DNA of 64,000 bases from contig BTVY01000014.1 in NCBI GenBank assembly GCA_045863335.1, forward strand, positions 69,862 through 133,861. The letters run 5' to 3'. This DNA is from Candidatus Hydrogenedentota bacterium. Its GTDB lineage: Bacteria; Hydrogenedentota; Hydrogenedentia; Hydrogenedentales; SLHB01. This document shows, piece after piece, positions 1 through 9,996 of the stretch; positions within the stretch are counted from its first letter, which is position 1; the number at the start of each line of letters is the position of its first letter. The notes beneath the pieces were generated by a model that made no database searches, was not told where the DNA came from, and worked only from the letters and a program-made list of their open reading frames with translations. The position numbers and the translations under genes are program-made.

Positions 1-1168
1 GTTTCAGGTAGGCATCGTAGACCAATAGGCACAGCGCGATCATATCGGCGCGGTTGCGGCGATAGGTGACGAGTTGGATACCCTCGAAGTTGCCGAAGAA
101 GGGCAACAGCTTGTCGCCCAGGAACCCAATCGGCGGGTCGATGAAGAAGACATGCCCGGAATCGTGGAAGATGATGTAAGCTGACGGCGCGTGCATCACA
201 TTGAATCGTTGCCACGTGGGCGCAATCACGCCCGTGGGGTCGTCGTACTCGCCGTTCATGAAGATGACTGGCGTGTCGATGCGTTCGAAGTTTTCCGTTC
301 GTTGCAAGGTGGGTACCGCGCCTTTCAAGAGCGCCACTGCGATGTGGTCGCTCCAGGAATAGGTGGACTCGCCGTCGCGGCGTACGACCGATTCGATCAC
401 CTCGTCCGGACCAAGCGAGTGGGCTTCGAGTCCGATCCGATCGGTGTTTATCCGGCCGTAGACGGGATACGCGGGATCTTCGTTAACCTCAAACATGGCC
501 TTCACCACGAGATCCAGCGAATATCCGCGGTAGGCGAAGAGGGTTTGGCGGTAAAGATCCGCCAGCGCCTGATCGTCGACTTCCCCGTTGTACAGCGCCT
601 TGTAGTACGTGTACACCTCTTTTGGACCAATCAACCCGTCGCCCGTGTAGTCGAGAAGGAGACCTTCCAGTTCGGTTGCATTGTCGCGGAAGGCGGAAAA
701 ATTGGGATCGACGAACGGATCCACGAACGGCTCAAGTCCGATGAAGTGCAGATAATCGCCTTTGATGTCCGGCAAGAATACGACATATCCGGCATCCACC
801 AGCGATCGCGTGTACTCCAAGTACAGGAATCCACCCGCCGTAAACCCGGGAATCACCCCGACCGGCGGCATCAGCGGCGCACCATTCGAGAGGCTTGCCT
901 TCTTATAGAGCACGGCGATCTTCATCACTTCGACGCCGTCGTAGGCGGGACGCTCAAGAATGAAATAGTCCTGTCCCGCATTCCGGCAGATTCGCTTCAG
1001 ATCCGCTTCAAAATCCGAGCCGGTAGTTTCCGCATGCTGCGTCTCCCTGGAATCCTCGAGGCTGGTCTGGAGGGATTGTTCTGAAACCGGCGCTTTCGGG
1101 CAGGCGCCTACCAGCAGGGTGAGCGCGACCAGCGCAACGGCGGTCAGCACCGGAAGAGGTCGATTCAT
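1..1168 (-). CDS. Alpha/beta-hydrolase-fold lipoprotein (3' end runs off the window)
   Basis: Not in the ORF track because there is no stop in the window. Manual translation from ATG at 1168 gives MNRPLPVLTAVALVALTLLVGACPK (lipobox), nucleophile elbow RIGLEAHSLG, then PVIFMNGEYDD and IIFHDSGHVFF (Ser/Asp/His triad order). Confidence 0.75.
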   Translation of the reverse strand, partial: MNRPLPVLTAVALVALTLLVGACPKAPVSEQSLQTSLEDSRETQHAETTGSDFEADLKRICRNAGQDYFILERPAYDGVEVMKIAVLYKKASLSNGAPLMPPVGVIPGFTAGGFLYLEYTRSLVDAGYVVFLPDIKGDYLHFIGLEPFVDPFVDPNFSAFRDNATELEGLLLDYTGDGLIGPKEVYTYYKALYNGEVDDQALADLYRQTLFAYRGYSLDLVVKAMFEVNEDPAYPVYGRINTDRIGLEAHSLGPDEVIESVVRRDGESTYSWSDHIAVALLKGAVPTLQRTENFERIDTPVIFMNGEYDDPTGVIAPTWQRFNVMHAPSAYIIFHDSGHVFFIDPPIGFLGDKLLPFFGNFEGIQLVTYRRNRADMIALCLLVYDAYLK

Positions 1169-1482
1169 GAGATCTCTTTCTGTAGCATTACCGGCTCCGC
1201 CGGGAACTTCGCGCATGAGTAAGAGCAGGCCCATTATACACAAGAGACCTGCCGCAGTATGGGGATAAGCTCAGGCCAATCGCGCTAAATTTGACCTCAT
1301 TTTCAACTCTTGGGGTAGTACTTCCCCCGTCACCCGCGCGAAATCCGGGGTCCATCTTGCCCGATTCGATGCCAATTGCGCGCGGCGGCGCCAAAAAAAC
1401 GAGCACCACCGCAGTAGTCCTGCGGTGGTGCGGCAAGAGTTCGGCATTCGACAGGGAACCCGTCAAGCCGGGATATGCGACC

Positions 1483-1821
1483 CTACTGGGCGGCGGGCTC
1501 GCGAATAAGGTCGTCCAGTTTGTTCTCGACGTCTTTGGCCTCTTCGGCGGTGGGAAGGGGATCGTGCGTCTCGTTGATCACCGGCCACTCCGCAGCCAAC
1601 TCTTTGTTCAATTCGATGTAGTGCGACCACTTCTCCGGCAGATCTTCTTCCGGATAGATCGCGTGAACCGGACATTCATCCACGCACGCTCCGCAGTCAA
1701 TGCACTCATCCGGGTCGATAGTGAGCATGTTGACGCCTTCGTGGAAGCAGTCAACCGGGCACACCGCGACGCAGTCCGTGTACTTACACTTGATACACGG
1801 TTCAGCAACGATATGGGCCAT
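1483..1821 (-). CDS. fdxA: 7Fe ferredoxin (FdxA type)
   Basis: [29 protein letters not shown]...[12 protein letters not shown]; AGGAGAG RBS upstream of ATG 1821. Confidence 0.92.
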   Translation of the reverse strand: MAHIVAEPCIKCKYTDCVAVCPVDCFHEGVNMLTIDPDECIDCGACVDECPVHAIYPEEDLPEKWSHYIELNKELAAEWPVINETHDPLPTAEEAKDVENKLDDLIREPAAQ

Positions 1822-2062
1822 AATTCTCTCTCCTGTAAAAACGAAATGTGGCCGAATTCCCAACTTGAGGCCACATTGATCGCAACACCACGGGATGGGG
1901 GATCATTTCGTGGCGGTTCGGCGGCTAGGCACCCGATCCCCCGCCGGAATGAAGCCCTGTAAGTACCATTCTGCCCGCGCCCGTGTCAAATCCCGGGCCG
2001 CCACGGGGGAATCCACTTCGATTTCATGCGCCGAATTGGGGCGCGGCCAGCGTATCTGCTTC

Positions 2063-2653
2063 CTAGTGAGGCCGGACCTGTCCGGCCTCCTCGCAGATCG
2101 CGTCGAACAGGCGGGAAACCGGTTCCAAGCCGAAATCCTGAAAGTTCTTCGGGTTCTTCCAAAACTCTTTCAACCGCCCGCGTCCCTCACGTTCGTACAG
2201 GACGATCTTGATCATCATCTGGGCCTTGTCGAGTCCGCGGACGAGCCGGGCCTCCGGCGTCTGAGGGTCGATCAATTCACGATGGTACTCCGCGAAGTGG
2301 CCGGGGAAGCCATCGAGCAAGCGCTCGATGATCGCCTGTTCGGCGTTCTGCTTGGCCTCCTTGAGGTATCCGTCCCCGGCCGGCATGGGGATGTCCATGA
2401 GCCACGCTTCCGGCAGGTCATGAATGAGCGCCATCGTAAGCGCCCGTTCCCGGTCGAACTGCTCCGGGTACTCCTCCACAAAAAGCAAGGTCATCAGGGC
2501 GACGAAGTGACTATGCGCCGCAACGGACTCCGGTTCGGTGACGCCCCGCAACACATAGCCCGCCCGAGCGATGCGATCCAGCGGATGGATTTGTTCAAAC
2601 AGGGAAATGACGCGACGTTCAAAAGCAACCATTCGGCGCCTCGCAAAGCACAA
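2063..2653 (-). CDS. HD-domain hydrolase (YfbR/HDDC2-like 5'-deoxynucleotidase family)
   Basis: R-x-G...ESVAAHS, ALIHDLPEA and DK motifs; start may be 2632. Confidence 0.8.
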   Translation of the reverse strand: MCFARRRMVAFERRVISLFEQIHPLDRIARAGYVLRGVTEPESVAAHSHFVALMTLLFVEEYPEQFDRERALTMALIHDLPEAWLMDIPMPAGDGYLKEAKQNAEQAIIERLLDGFPGHFAEYHRELIDPQTPEARLVRGLDKAQMMIKIVLYEREGRGRLKEFWKNPKNFQDFGLEPVSRLFDAICEEAGQVRPH

Positions 2654-2660
2654 ACCGGCC

Positions 2661-4100
2661 CTAGATCAACGAATCCCGCAGGCAATCTTCCCGCATGTTC
2701 AGGTACTCGTCGAGCATGGCTTCCGCCGATTCGCGATCGAGTCCCAACACCGCGAGCGAAGGCGTGATGGCTTCGAGCAGGGGACCGCTATCTTCCAGTT
2801 TCGTTTGCAGGGCCCGCGCCATCAAATTGGCGATGGCGACGATGGCGACGTTTTCTTTCGCGTCGACCGCCAATTCCGGACGGTGATGGAAGCGGATGGG
2901 CTCGGCAATCTCGATGGGGAGCCCCCAGTGCGCCGCGAGCAGGTGACCGGCTTCCGTGTGGGACAGCCCCAGAATTTCCTCTTCGTTGGCGATCAACTCT
3001 TCGCCATCCAGACTCTGGTCCACCTTGCCGTACAAATCCGACGCGACTTCCGAGAGCGCCAGCCGGCCGATGTCGTGCAACAACCCGCCGGAGAACACGC
3101 CAATCTGGCGCTTGCGTCCGCTGGCCTTCGCGATGATCCGCGTGGCCGCCGCGCAGCACATGGATTCGACCCAGAACGCGCGGTAATCGAAGACCTTTGA
3201 CTTATCAAAGACATTAACCACCGCCGCAGACAACACGATGGCGTACGTCTCACGCAATCCCAGCAGCGATACCGCCAGTCCCACGTCGTCCACGCGCTGC
3301 GGGAACCCGTAGGCAGCCGAATTGGCCACGCTCAGCACCTTCGCCGCAATGGGCGGGTCCAGGACGATGATATCCGCCACGTCGCGCACGGAACTCAAAG
3401 GATCGAGCGTCGCTTCCTGCACGCGCCGTACCGTCTCCGGCAACGCCGGAAGGGTATCGATCTGTCGAATGAGGTTCGCGACGTTGGTGAGTCGAATCGA
3501 CGCACGGATGCCGGTTGCGTCAGGCACTTCCACACCAGCCGGCGTTACCGAGGGGGCCTCTTGCCCCGGCGCGGGCTCCGGGTAGTACCGCTCAATCGCC
3601 GACCGAATGTCGGACGGCGCGCACAACAAGGGTTTGACGCGCAGGCCAGTGCGTTCCTCGATCTTCTGCACCGTCGCCGAATCCAGCGGACACACCATGC
3701 CCACCGTCAGCAGACGGCCCAGCTTGTCGATGGGGAAAATCTCGTGTTCCACCGCCATCTCACGGGGGATCAGTTCGATAAGCTGACGGGGAATCTCGTA
3801 TTTGGAGAGGTCGATACTTGCAACGCCAGGCTGCCGAGCAAGAAAACCGACGAATGCCTCCGCGTCCAGGTAGCCCAACGCGATCAGCGTCTCGACGATC
3901 TTTCCGCCTTTGGCCGCCTGCGTGTTGAGCCCTTCCTGCAACTGCTCCCGATGAATCAACCCCGCGTCGACGAGCAATTCGCCGATGCGCCGCTTCGCCA
4001 TGGAATCCAGTTGTCGCTGAGCGGCAGCACGGGACGACGATGGCGCTCCGCCTCCATACCCTCGATTGCCCGGTTGCCTGTCATTTGTACTCGGTGTCAT
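2661..4100 (-). CDS. MshEN/T2SSE_N domain fused to an HDOD domain (signalling protein)
   Basis: N-terminal RIGELLVDAGLIHREQLQEGL..Q; C-terminal LPALP, DPPIAAKVLSVANSAAYG, GLLHDIGRL, HWGLP...IRFHH. Confidence 0.85.
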   Translation of the reverse strand: MTPSTNDRQPGNRGYGGGAPSSSRAAAQRQLDSMAKRRIGELLVDAGLIHREQLQEGLNTQAAKGGKIVETLIALGYLDAEAFVGFLARQPGVASIDLSKYEIPRQLIELIPREMAVEHEIFPIDKLGRLLTVGMVCPLDSATVQKIEERTGLRVKPLLCAPSDIRSAIERYYPEPAPGQEAPSVTPAGVEVPDATGIRASIRLTNVANLIRQIDTLPALPETVRRVQEATLDPLSSVRDVADIIVLDPPIAAKVLSVANSAAYGFPQRVDDVGLAVSLLGLRETYAIVLSAAVVNVFDKSKVFDYRAFWVESMCCAAATRIIAKASGRKRQIGVFSGGLLHDIGRLALSEVASDLYGKVDQSLDGEELIANEEEILGLSHTEAGHLLAAHWGLPIEIAEPIRFHHRPELAVDAKENVAIVAIANLMARALQTKLEDSGPLLEAITPSLAVLGLDRESAEAMLDEYLNMREDCLRDSLI

Positions 4101-4272
4101 CTAGTACCTTCCCATTTACCGGGCATCTGCGCACGCCGCGTGCAGCCAGTACCGAAGGCGCGCGGTCAAAATCTCACCTGCGCTAAGACAGAAGACGGCC
4201 CAGTGCCAAACCATTCTACGGGCGCATGCCAGTACCAATCAAGCAGACCGGCTATCGTCAAATGTTGCCGCG

Positions 4273-6435
4273 CTAGCGCCGCAGCGCCGCTTCCATTCTC
4301 GCCGTTTCTCGCAGCCCCGCATATATCTCCCGGGCGGCCCGGACACGATCGAGCAAATCGGGGCCTTGCAAGGCCAACTGCTGAATGGGCCGGTTGTCGT
4401 TCACGGCTCCTGCATCGTTCTGGGCGATTGCCTCGGCGACGATCTGCTCGATCTCCGCAAGGCTGATTTCCCGCTTTGCGATGAGGTCCTCGATGCCCTC
4501 GTATTTCCAGAATCGCAGTCCATCCCGCACGACGTATATCGGCGTGGTATGCGCTCGCGACCCGTCGCTGCCCTCGGCACGTGCGGCAATCCAGAATCCA
4601 TTGCCCGAAGGGACTTCAAAGTCGAGAACCAGTTCAGCCTCATCTGCTGACGAGGGTTCAATGCTCTCAATAGAATCTCCGTGGACGATGACATCCAACT
4701 TGGACGGCACGCAGCGCTCGAGGTCGCCCCACGCGCGCGCATACACGCGCAACGGCCTGTCATCGTCGATGAGAATCTCGTCGCCGGGAATAGCCTTGTC
4801 CACGCGGAAGTCCAGCATGATGCCGTTCGTCACGAAGGTGTTGCCGCGCCGTACTGCCTCAAACCATCGGTCCGCGTTGAAGCGCTTCCTGCCGGTATAG
4901 GCATATACCCGCACCTCGCCTACGCTCCCGCCCCAAGGCACATCGGACCCGGCCGACGCGGTCACTTTGAAGCCTGTGTTCAGGAAGTCGTAGTACAAGT
5001 CCGTGCCGAGATTCGCAAATTGCAGCAACTCCACGAAGTCGATCTTCTCTTTGGGGATGTTGATGCTCATGTCGCGGTGCACGAAGAAGATCCCCGAATT
5101 GACGTGGGCGTACCCCGACAGCCCGCCCTGCCGGTGCGCTTCATCGAAGACGGTATCGTACAAGTAGTACTGCTCCGTGTTCCGAATCAGGTTCTTGATG
5201 TTCATGGAGATGGTGTGGCCGAGTTCGTTGTGCGTTCGCGGGCACTCCTGCCCCGGCGACAGCACGTAGTCGCCATCCACCACGCGATAGTCCTTCCCGA
5301 AGCCGCGCTGCTCGAACCAGGTCCGGTAGATGTCTCCCATCTTCACGATGTTTGCGAGATGCACGTCTTCCGCCTGGATCCAGGTCATGACGGTCTCCGC
5401 ATCCGCGTCGCTAAGAATTTGCGTGTGGACGTGGTCGTCGCCCGAGTACCACCCGGACTTTCGCATGTCGACCCAACGGCGCGGGCGGTAGGTCCGCTCG
5501 ACCAGAGAATCGGATTCCACCGTCACCGTGTCGCGCACGGCCACGTGCTCGGTCCCGCGCAACACCGTGACTTCATAGTCACCGGGCGCAAGCTCCATCG
5601 TGAACGGCTCCGGCACGCACCAATAGGCGCCCGCCAATTGTCCCGGCAGGTTCGTCCGCCGCGCGCCTTCCCAGTTTCCCTGGCGGTCGAATTGCGGGCC
5701 GAAGTCGAGCGCGTTGCTGGGCTGAATCTCCCGGCCGTCGTGTTTCCATACGATGCGCATCATCGCCGGCGCGGGTTTCCCCGTGTCGTCGGAGAGCACG
5801 GCCACCTTCAGCGTCCCGTGATTCGGCGTCACGGTCTGTACCGGCAGGATCGTGGTCGGCTGGCCGGCCACGGCAAACTCAATCTCCATGGAGGTTTTGA
5901 GTTGCGGGACCCGGTTCAAGGACACCAGCACCCACGTGACGCAATCCGGCGCTACCTCCACCGGCAACCGGTTGCGCGAGTATTCCGAGAGGTTGTAGTC
6001 CAGCGTCAGGCAACGCGCGGGTCCGTCCCCCGTGGTCACGCGAAACAGAAAGGCCCCCGAATCCCCCGGCAACGTGATGGGCTCTAGTGGCGGCAAGGTG
6101 GTCTGCTCGCCGGTAAGGGTGATATCCCGCGTCGCCGGACAGGCCAGCAACAACTCCTGCAACCGGGCCGCGGCCTCGTCCCGTTTCCGTGCCGCCGCTG
6201 CGCGCTGTTCGTCTGAGGACGCGCGGCGGGCCTCCTGGACCGCCTCGCGCAGATTCCGGTTGACGGTGTCCAGTTCCGCACGATCGGCTTCTCCGAACAA
6301 GTAGGCATGGTACCGGACCAGGGCACTTGCCATATCCGGCGCGCCCGGTAAGCTTTCCTCCTGCGCGATGGCCGTTAATCCGCCAAGCAGAATGAGCCAC
6401 GCCGCGACTGCAAGAACCCGTGCTTTCATCATCAC
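4273..6435 (-). CDS. Secreted CehA/McbA-family (PHP-like) metallohydrolase
   Basis: Signal peptide; GWYSGDDHVH, YAH, AGSD...G.VRVY, GNTFVTNG, AHTTPIYV. Confidence 0.8.
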   Translation of the reverse strand: MMMKARVLAVAAWLILLGGLTAIAQEESLPGAPDMASALVRYHAYLFGEADRAELDTVNRNLREAVQEARRASSDEQRAAAARKRDEAAARLQELLLACPATRDITLTGEQTTLPPLEPITLPGDSGAFLFRVTTGDGPARCLTLDYNLSEYSRNRLPVEVAPDCVTWVLVSLNRVPQLKTSMEIEFAVAGQPTTILPVQTVTPNHGTLKVAVLSDDTGKPAPAMMRIVWKHDGREIQPSNALDFGPQFDRQGNWEGARRTNLPGQLAGAYWCVPEPFTMELAPGDYEVTVLRGTEHVAVRDTVTVESDSLVERTYRPRRWVDMRKSGWYSGDDHVHTQILSDADAETVMTWIQAEDVHLANIVKMGDIYRTWFEQRGFGKDYRVVDGDYVLSPGQECPRTHNELGHTISMNIKNLIRNTEQYYLYDTVFDEAHRQGGLSGYAHVNSGIFFVHRDMSINIPKEKIDFVELLQFANLGTDLYYDFLNTGFKVTASAGSDVPWGGSVGEVRVYAYTGRKRFNADRWFEAVRRGNTFVTNGIMLDFRVDKAIPGDEILIDDDRPLRVYARAWGDLERCVPSKLDVIVHGDSIESIEPSSADEAELVLDFEVPSGNGFWIAARAEGSDGSRAHTTPIYVVRDGLRFWKYEGIEDLIAKREISLAEIEQIVAEAIAQNDAGAVNDNRPIQQLALQGPDLLDRVRAAREIYAGLRETARMEAALRR

Positions 6436-7115
6436 TGTACCCGCCTCTCGTTATGGCTTTCCGTGCGCAATTCCGGCACGGAGTCCCCCGCTGGTATCAC
6501 CCCTTCGCCTGGCGAAGCTTTCCCTTTGACCGTTTTGCACGTCGCGGTCACGACTCGGAGCGACTTCGTCAGTTCGGATGGCCGGCGCAGGCCGGGATTG
6601 GGCGCTCCGTTCATCTCGATGCCATTCTCCCCGTAGACAGTCGAAGCGACGAGGGAAGGCGCGTCTGTCCAGAGTGTGCTGTCGAGACTCAGCGTGGACC
6701 CGGTATGAAACGATTCCGGCGTGCGCGCGAAAAAGAAAAGCCGCAACACATGGGGATGCGCCTCTACACCGGAGGAATCGAGGAAATCCAGTTCCGCGTC
6801 ATGCAACGGAATCAACGGCAGCGGTATGCCGTCGATGCGCAACGTGATTCCTCTTTCCGCCTCTGAGGCCACGGCATCGAGATAGTCTTTCACCTCATCG
6901 CCGGAAAGGACTCCGTCCAGGTCGGCATCTATCTTGTGCCGCTCCTCGCGTGACACGGGGCTGGTAAAAAGAAGTTCGAGCGTGATATCCACGTTGGCCG
7001 GCGTGACGATGGCCGTCACGCGCTGTTGCAGATACTGCTCCAACTCGACGTGCGCGCGAACGGGGCAAACAACGAACAGGAACACTCCAGCCAAGCCCAG
7101 CGCCCGAGTTCGCAT
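6432..7115 (-). CDS. Secreted hypothetical protein with an EF-hand-like loop
   Basis: Signal peptide ending VRA-H; DADLDGVLSGDE; 4-nt overlap with the downstream gene. Confidence 0.6.
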   Translation of the reverse strand: MRTRALGLAGVFLFVVCPVRAHVELEQYLQQRVTAIVTPANVDITLELLFTSPVSREERHKIDADLDGVLSGDEVKDYLDAVASEAERGITLRIDGIPLPLIPLHDAELDFLDSSGVEAHPHVLRLFFFARTPESFHTGSTLSLDSTLWTDAPSLVASTVYGENGIEMNGAPNPGLRRPSELTKSLRVVTATCKTVKGKASPGEGVIPAGDSVPELRTESHNERRVQ

Positions 7116-7389
7116 CTTCAGACTCCCCCTTTGCGGAACAGGTATGGCTCAGTCTAGGACCGAAGAGCGACGCTGTCAATTGCTCCATTTCCGGCGATGC
7201 GACGAAACCGCCTGTGCCGTGTATAATCCAAGAGACCCATGTCCCGTCCGCGAATCGGTGGGCCAGACCCATTCGCGCGGCGCAAGTGTCTTTCCTAGAA
7301 ACGAAAGTGAATGGACCCTGCATCGTCTCCGTCTCGTCGCTGAGTTTGTTTGGCGCAGTGGGCGTCGAGACCGCCAAGGAGCAGTCGCA

Positions 7390-8979
7390 ATGCGTAAACA
7401 ATTTGTATTCATAGCCTTAGCTCTTTGTGTCGGGATTGCTGCGGCTCAGCCATCAGCGGACCACGCGACGGCCCCGCCCATCACTACCAAGGCCGGATAT
7501 GACGCTGCGCTCCACGCCCTTCCCCCCGATTTGGTGGAGGCCTATTTGCAGTTCGTGGGCACATCCCACGTATTCGACAACTTCGAGGGGCAGAACAGCT
7601 ACCTTAAGTCAATGTCTGACAGCCACAAACAGCTCCTCGTGGGCAGCGGTTTCGAGGTGGATTTGGATTCCGCGGCGCTGTTCGGCGAGGGTATTCAGGA
7701 TGGCCCCTATACCGTTTACGAAACGGCCATCTCTTCGCTGGACGCGGAGTCTCTGCGGTTTCTCGTCGACTTGAGCCAGCTCCAGGAAGGCGAGGAAGCG
7801 TGGGTGATCGATATGAGCGAGCCTCGCGCCTTCGGCCCCTACGGGGCAAGCGACGCCCACGAAGACGGCCGTTGGCTGCCCACCACCGTCGGGGAGTCGG
7901 CCGTGCTCATGGTGCGCACCACCGGCGATACGGTCCCGCAGATTCGACTGATCGGCGTTTCCCACTTCTTCGAGCGTTTCGAGGACGCGCTCAAGCTCCT
8001 CCCCTGCAACAACAACGTCATTTGCGAATCGAACGCGACCGTGCAAGATGTCATGACGGGCGTCGGCATGATGGTCGTGCCTCAGGGTGGATTCGATCAG
8101 GCTCTTTGCACCGGATCGCTTATCAATAACTCGGATACGGCCGCTTTGGAGCCCTACTTCCTGACGAGCTGGCACTGTGTGCCGGATTATGTCGACGCCG
8201 ATGAGGTGGACATCATCTGGGATTACCGCGCCACCGCGTGCGACACCAACGATCCTCCGTCGCTGGCTTCCTTGCCGCGCAGCGAAGGCGAAGTCGTATT
8301 GACCACCAACAACGGGTACGACCTCACGCTCATGCGGCTGCTCAGCGTACCCTCCGGCACCCTCGGCCGCACGTACCTCGGGTGGGAAACGCGCGACCCG
8401 GTCTTCGGCGAAGACGTGGTAACTATCCATTATCCGGACGGATCGCACGAGCGCATCAGCTACGGAGAAGTCGTGGGGATCGATCAGAGCTCTGGCGGTT
8501 TCGTTCGCCAGACGAAGCTTCAGTGGTATGACGGCGTCACCGAAGGCGGTTCTTCGGGCAGTCCCATGTTGTTGGTGGCGTCGAGCTATCATCTCGCCGG
8601 CACCCTGAGCAATGGCCCCACCCATTCATGCACGAATACCGCCGGCAACGTGGACTGGTACACGTCGTTCCGGGATTTCTTCCCCCAGGCCGAAGGCTGG
8701 TTGACGGGCACCAACCCGCCTCCGCCTGACGGCCCCGGACCGGGGATAACGACCTGCCCCGCGGCCAAGGTATTCAAGGACAATCCGGAAATACTCCAGA
8801 ACCTCCGAACGTTGCGGGATCAAGGGCTGTTGAAGACTGCCTGGGGCAAACCCGTCGTGGATGCCTACTATGCCGCCGCGCCCTATCTCGCCCGCCTGGT
8901 CGATTGGTCGCCTGTGGCGCGGGACACCTTTAAGATGGCCGCCGCTCCCTTTGCCGCCCTTGGCGCAAAGTTATCCTGA
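7390..8979 (+). CDS. Secreted trypsin-like (lysyl endopeptidase-like) serine protease with a CFI-box-CTERM-like tail
   Basis: Start MRKQFVF with signal peptide; CTGSLINN, LTSWHC, DLTL, TEGGSSGSP; C-terminal CPAA...LRTLRD..LL...G...V..YY...P..A. Confidence 0.85.
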   Translation: MRKQFVFIALALCVGIAAAQPSADHATAPPITTKAGYDAALHALPPDLVEAYLQFVGTSHVFDNFEGQNSYLKSMSDSHKQLLVGSGFEVDLDSAALFGEGIQDGPYTVYETAISSLDAESLRFLVDLSQLQEGEEAWVIDMSEPRAFGPYGASDAHEDGRWLPTTVGESAVLMVRTTGDTVPQIRLIGVSHFFERFEDALKLLPCNNNVICESNATVQDVMTGVGMMVVPQGGFDQALCTGSLINNSDTAALEPYFLTSWHCVPDYVDADEVDIIWDYRATACDTNDPPSLASLPRSEGEVVLTTNNGYDLTLMRLLSVPSGTLGRTYLGWETRDPVFGEDVVTIHYPDGSHERISYGEVVGIDQSSGGFVRQTKLQWYDGVTEGGSSGSPMLLVASSYHLAGTLSNGPTHSCTNTAGNVDWYTSFRDFFPQAEGWLTGTNPPPPDGPGPGITTCPAAKVFKDNPEILQNLRTLRDQGLLKTAWGKPVVDAYYAAAPYLARLVDWSPVARDTFKMAAAPFAALGAKLS

Positions 8980-9065
8980 AACGGAGAGATTGAGAAGCAT
9001 TTTTCTCCCACGGCACTTGCACTTCTTGCGATGCGCGACTAGCGTCGCACAATTAAGGATCAACC

Positions 9066-9947
9066 ATGCGAATCAAGTTTCCCTTGCTTGCCATTCTTCC
9101 GATCGCCCTCATACTGGGCTGGGCCGGCGCCGAGGCCGCCGAGGAAGAGATCAATAACAACATGCGCATCACGCGGGACATCGTGTATCGCACGCCTCCA
9201 CCCGCCGATCCCGAACGGAATTCGCTGGACATCTATCGACCCCTTGAAGGCGATAGTCTTCCGGTCATGGTCTTCATCCATGGCGGTTCCTGGCGCGCCG
9301 GCGACAAGGGATGGGAAGGGAACAAGCCCCAGTTCTTCACATCCCAGGGATACGTCTTCGCGAGCATCAACTACAGATTGTCGCCCGAAGTGCAACACCC
9401 GGCGCATGTGCAGGACGTGGCCCACGCCATCGCATGGCTCCATGAGCACGTGGCGGAGTACGGCGGCGATGCCAACCGGATGTTTGTGCTCGGCCATTCC
9501 TCCGGCGCGCACCTGGCCGCGCTGGTCGCCACGGATGAACGTTACCTCCAGGAAGCCGGAGAAGACCTCTCGATCATCAAAGGTGTCATTGTGCTCGACG
9601 GCGGCGGCTATGACATTCCCAAAATGGTGAACAGCGGCGAGTTGTTTGCCCAGGGCCGTTACGAACGCGCCTTTGGAAAAGACCAGGACGTGTGGGTCGA
9701 TGCTTCACCCGTAACCCATGCGAAACCGCGCAAGGACATTCCGCCATTCCTGTTGGTCCACGCCGGGAAACGCAAGGCTTCGCGCGAGCAAGCCGAAAAA
9801 CTGGCCACGGCCTTGCGCGATGCAGATGTGCGCGCAGAGGTCCACCACCAGCCCAACAAGAATCACATCACCATCAACAGCAACATCGGCGATAAGGACG
9901 ACGAAACCACGGCCCGTATCCTGCAATTCCTGAACTCGATCGGATAG
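9066..9947 (+). CDS. Alpha/beta hydrolase (HSL-type carboxylesterase)
   Basis: FIHGGSW, INYRLSP, GHSSGAHL. Confidence 0.88.
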   Translation: MRIKFPLLAILPIALILGWAGAEAAEEEINNNMRITRDIVYRTPPPADPERNSLDIYRPLEGDSLPVMVFIHGGSWRAGDKGWEGNKPQFFTSQGYVFASINYRLSPEVQHPAHVQDVAHAIAWLHEHVAEYGGDANRMFVLGHSSGAHLAALVATDERYLQEAGEDLSIIKGVIVLDGGGYDIPKMVNSGELFAQGRYERAFGKDQDVWVDASPVTHAKPRKDIPPFLLVHAGKRKASREQAEKLATALRDADVRAEVHHQPNKNHITINSNIGDKDDETTARILQFLNSIG

Positions 9948-9996
9948 ACGTCCGGCGAGTAAGATAGTCTCCGTGACAACGCAAGGTGGATGACTG

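Noticed and set aside
191-1084. 297-aa plus-strand ORF
   Set aside because: Antisense shadow of the minus-strand hydrolase lipoprotein (1-1168), which has a lipobox and AHSLG motif.
4194-4232. Sigma-54 promoter for the MshEN-HDOD gene (TTGGCAC on the minus strand)
   Set aside because: No TTGC at the required -12 spacing.
6934-7389. N-terminal extension of the protease ORF
   Set aside because: Overlaps the divergent gene; the signal peptide starts at 7390.
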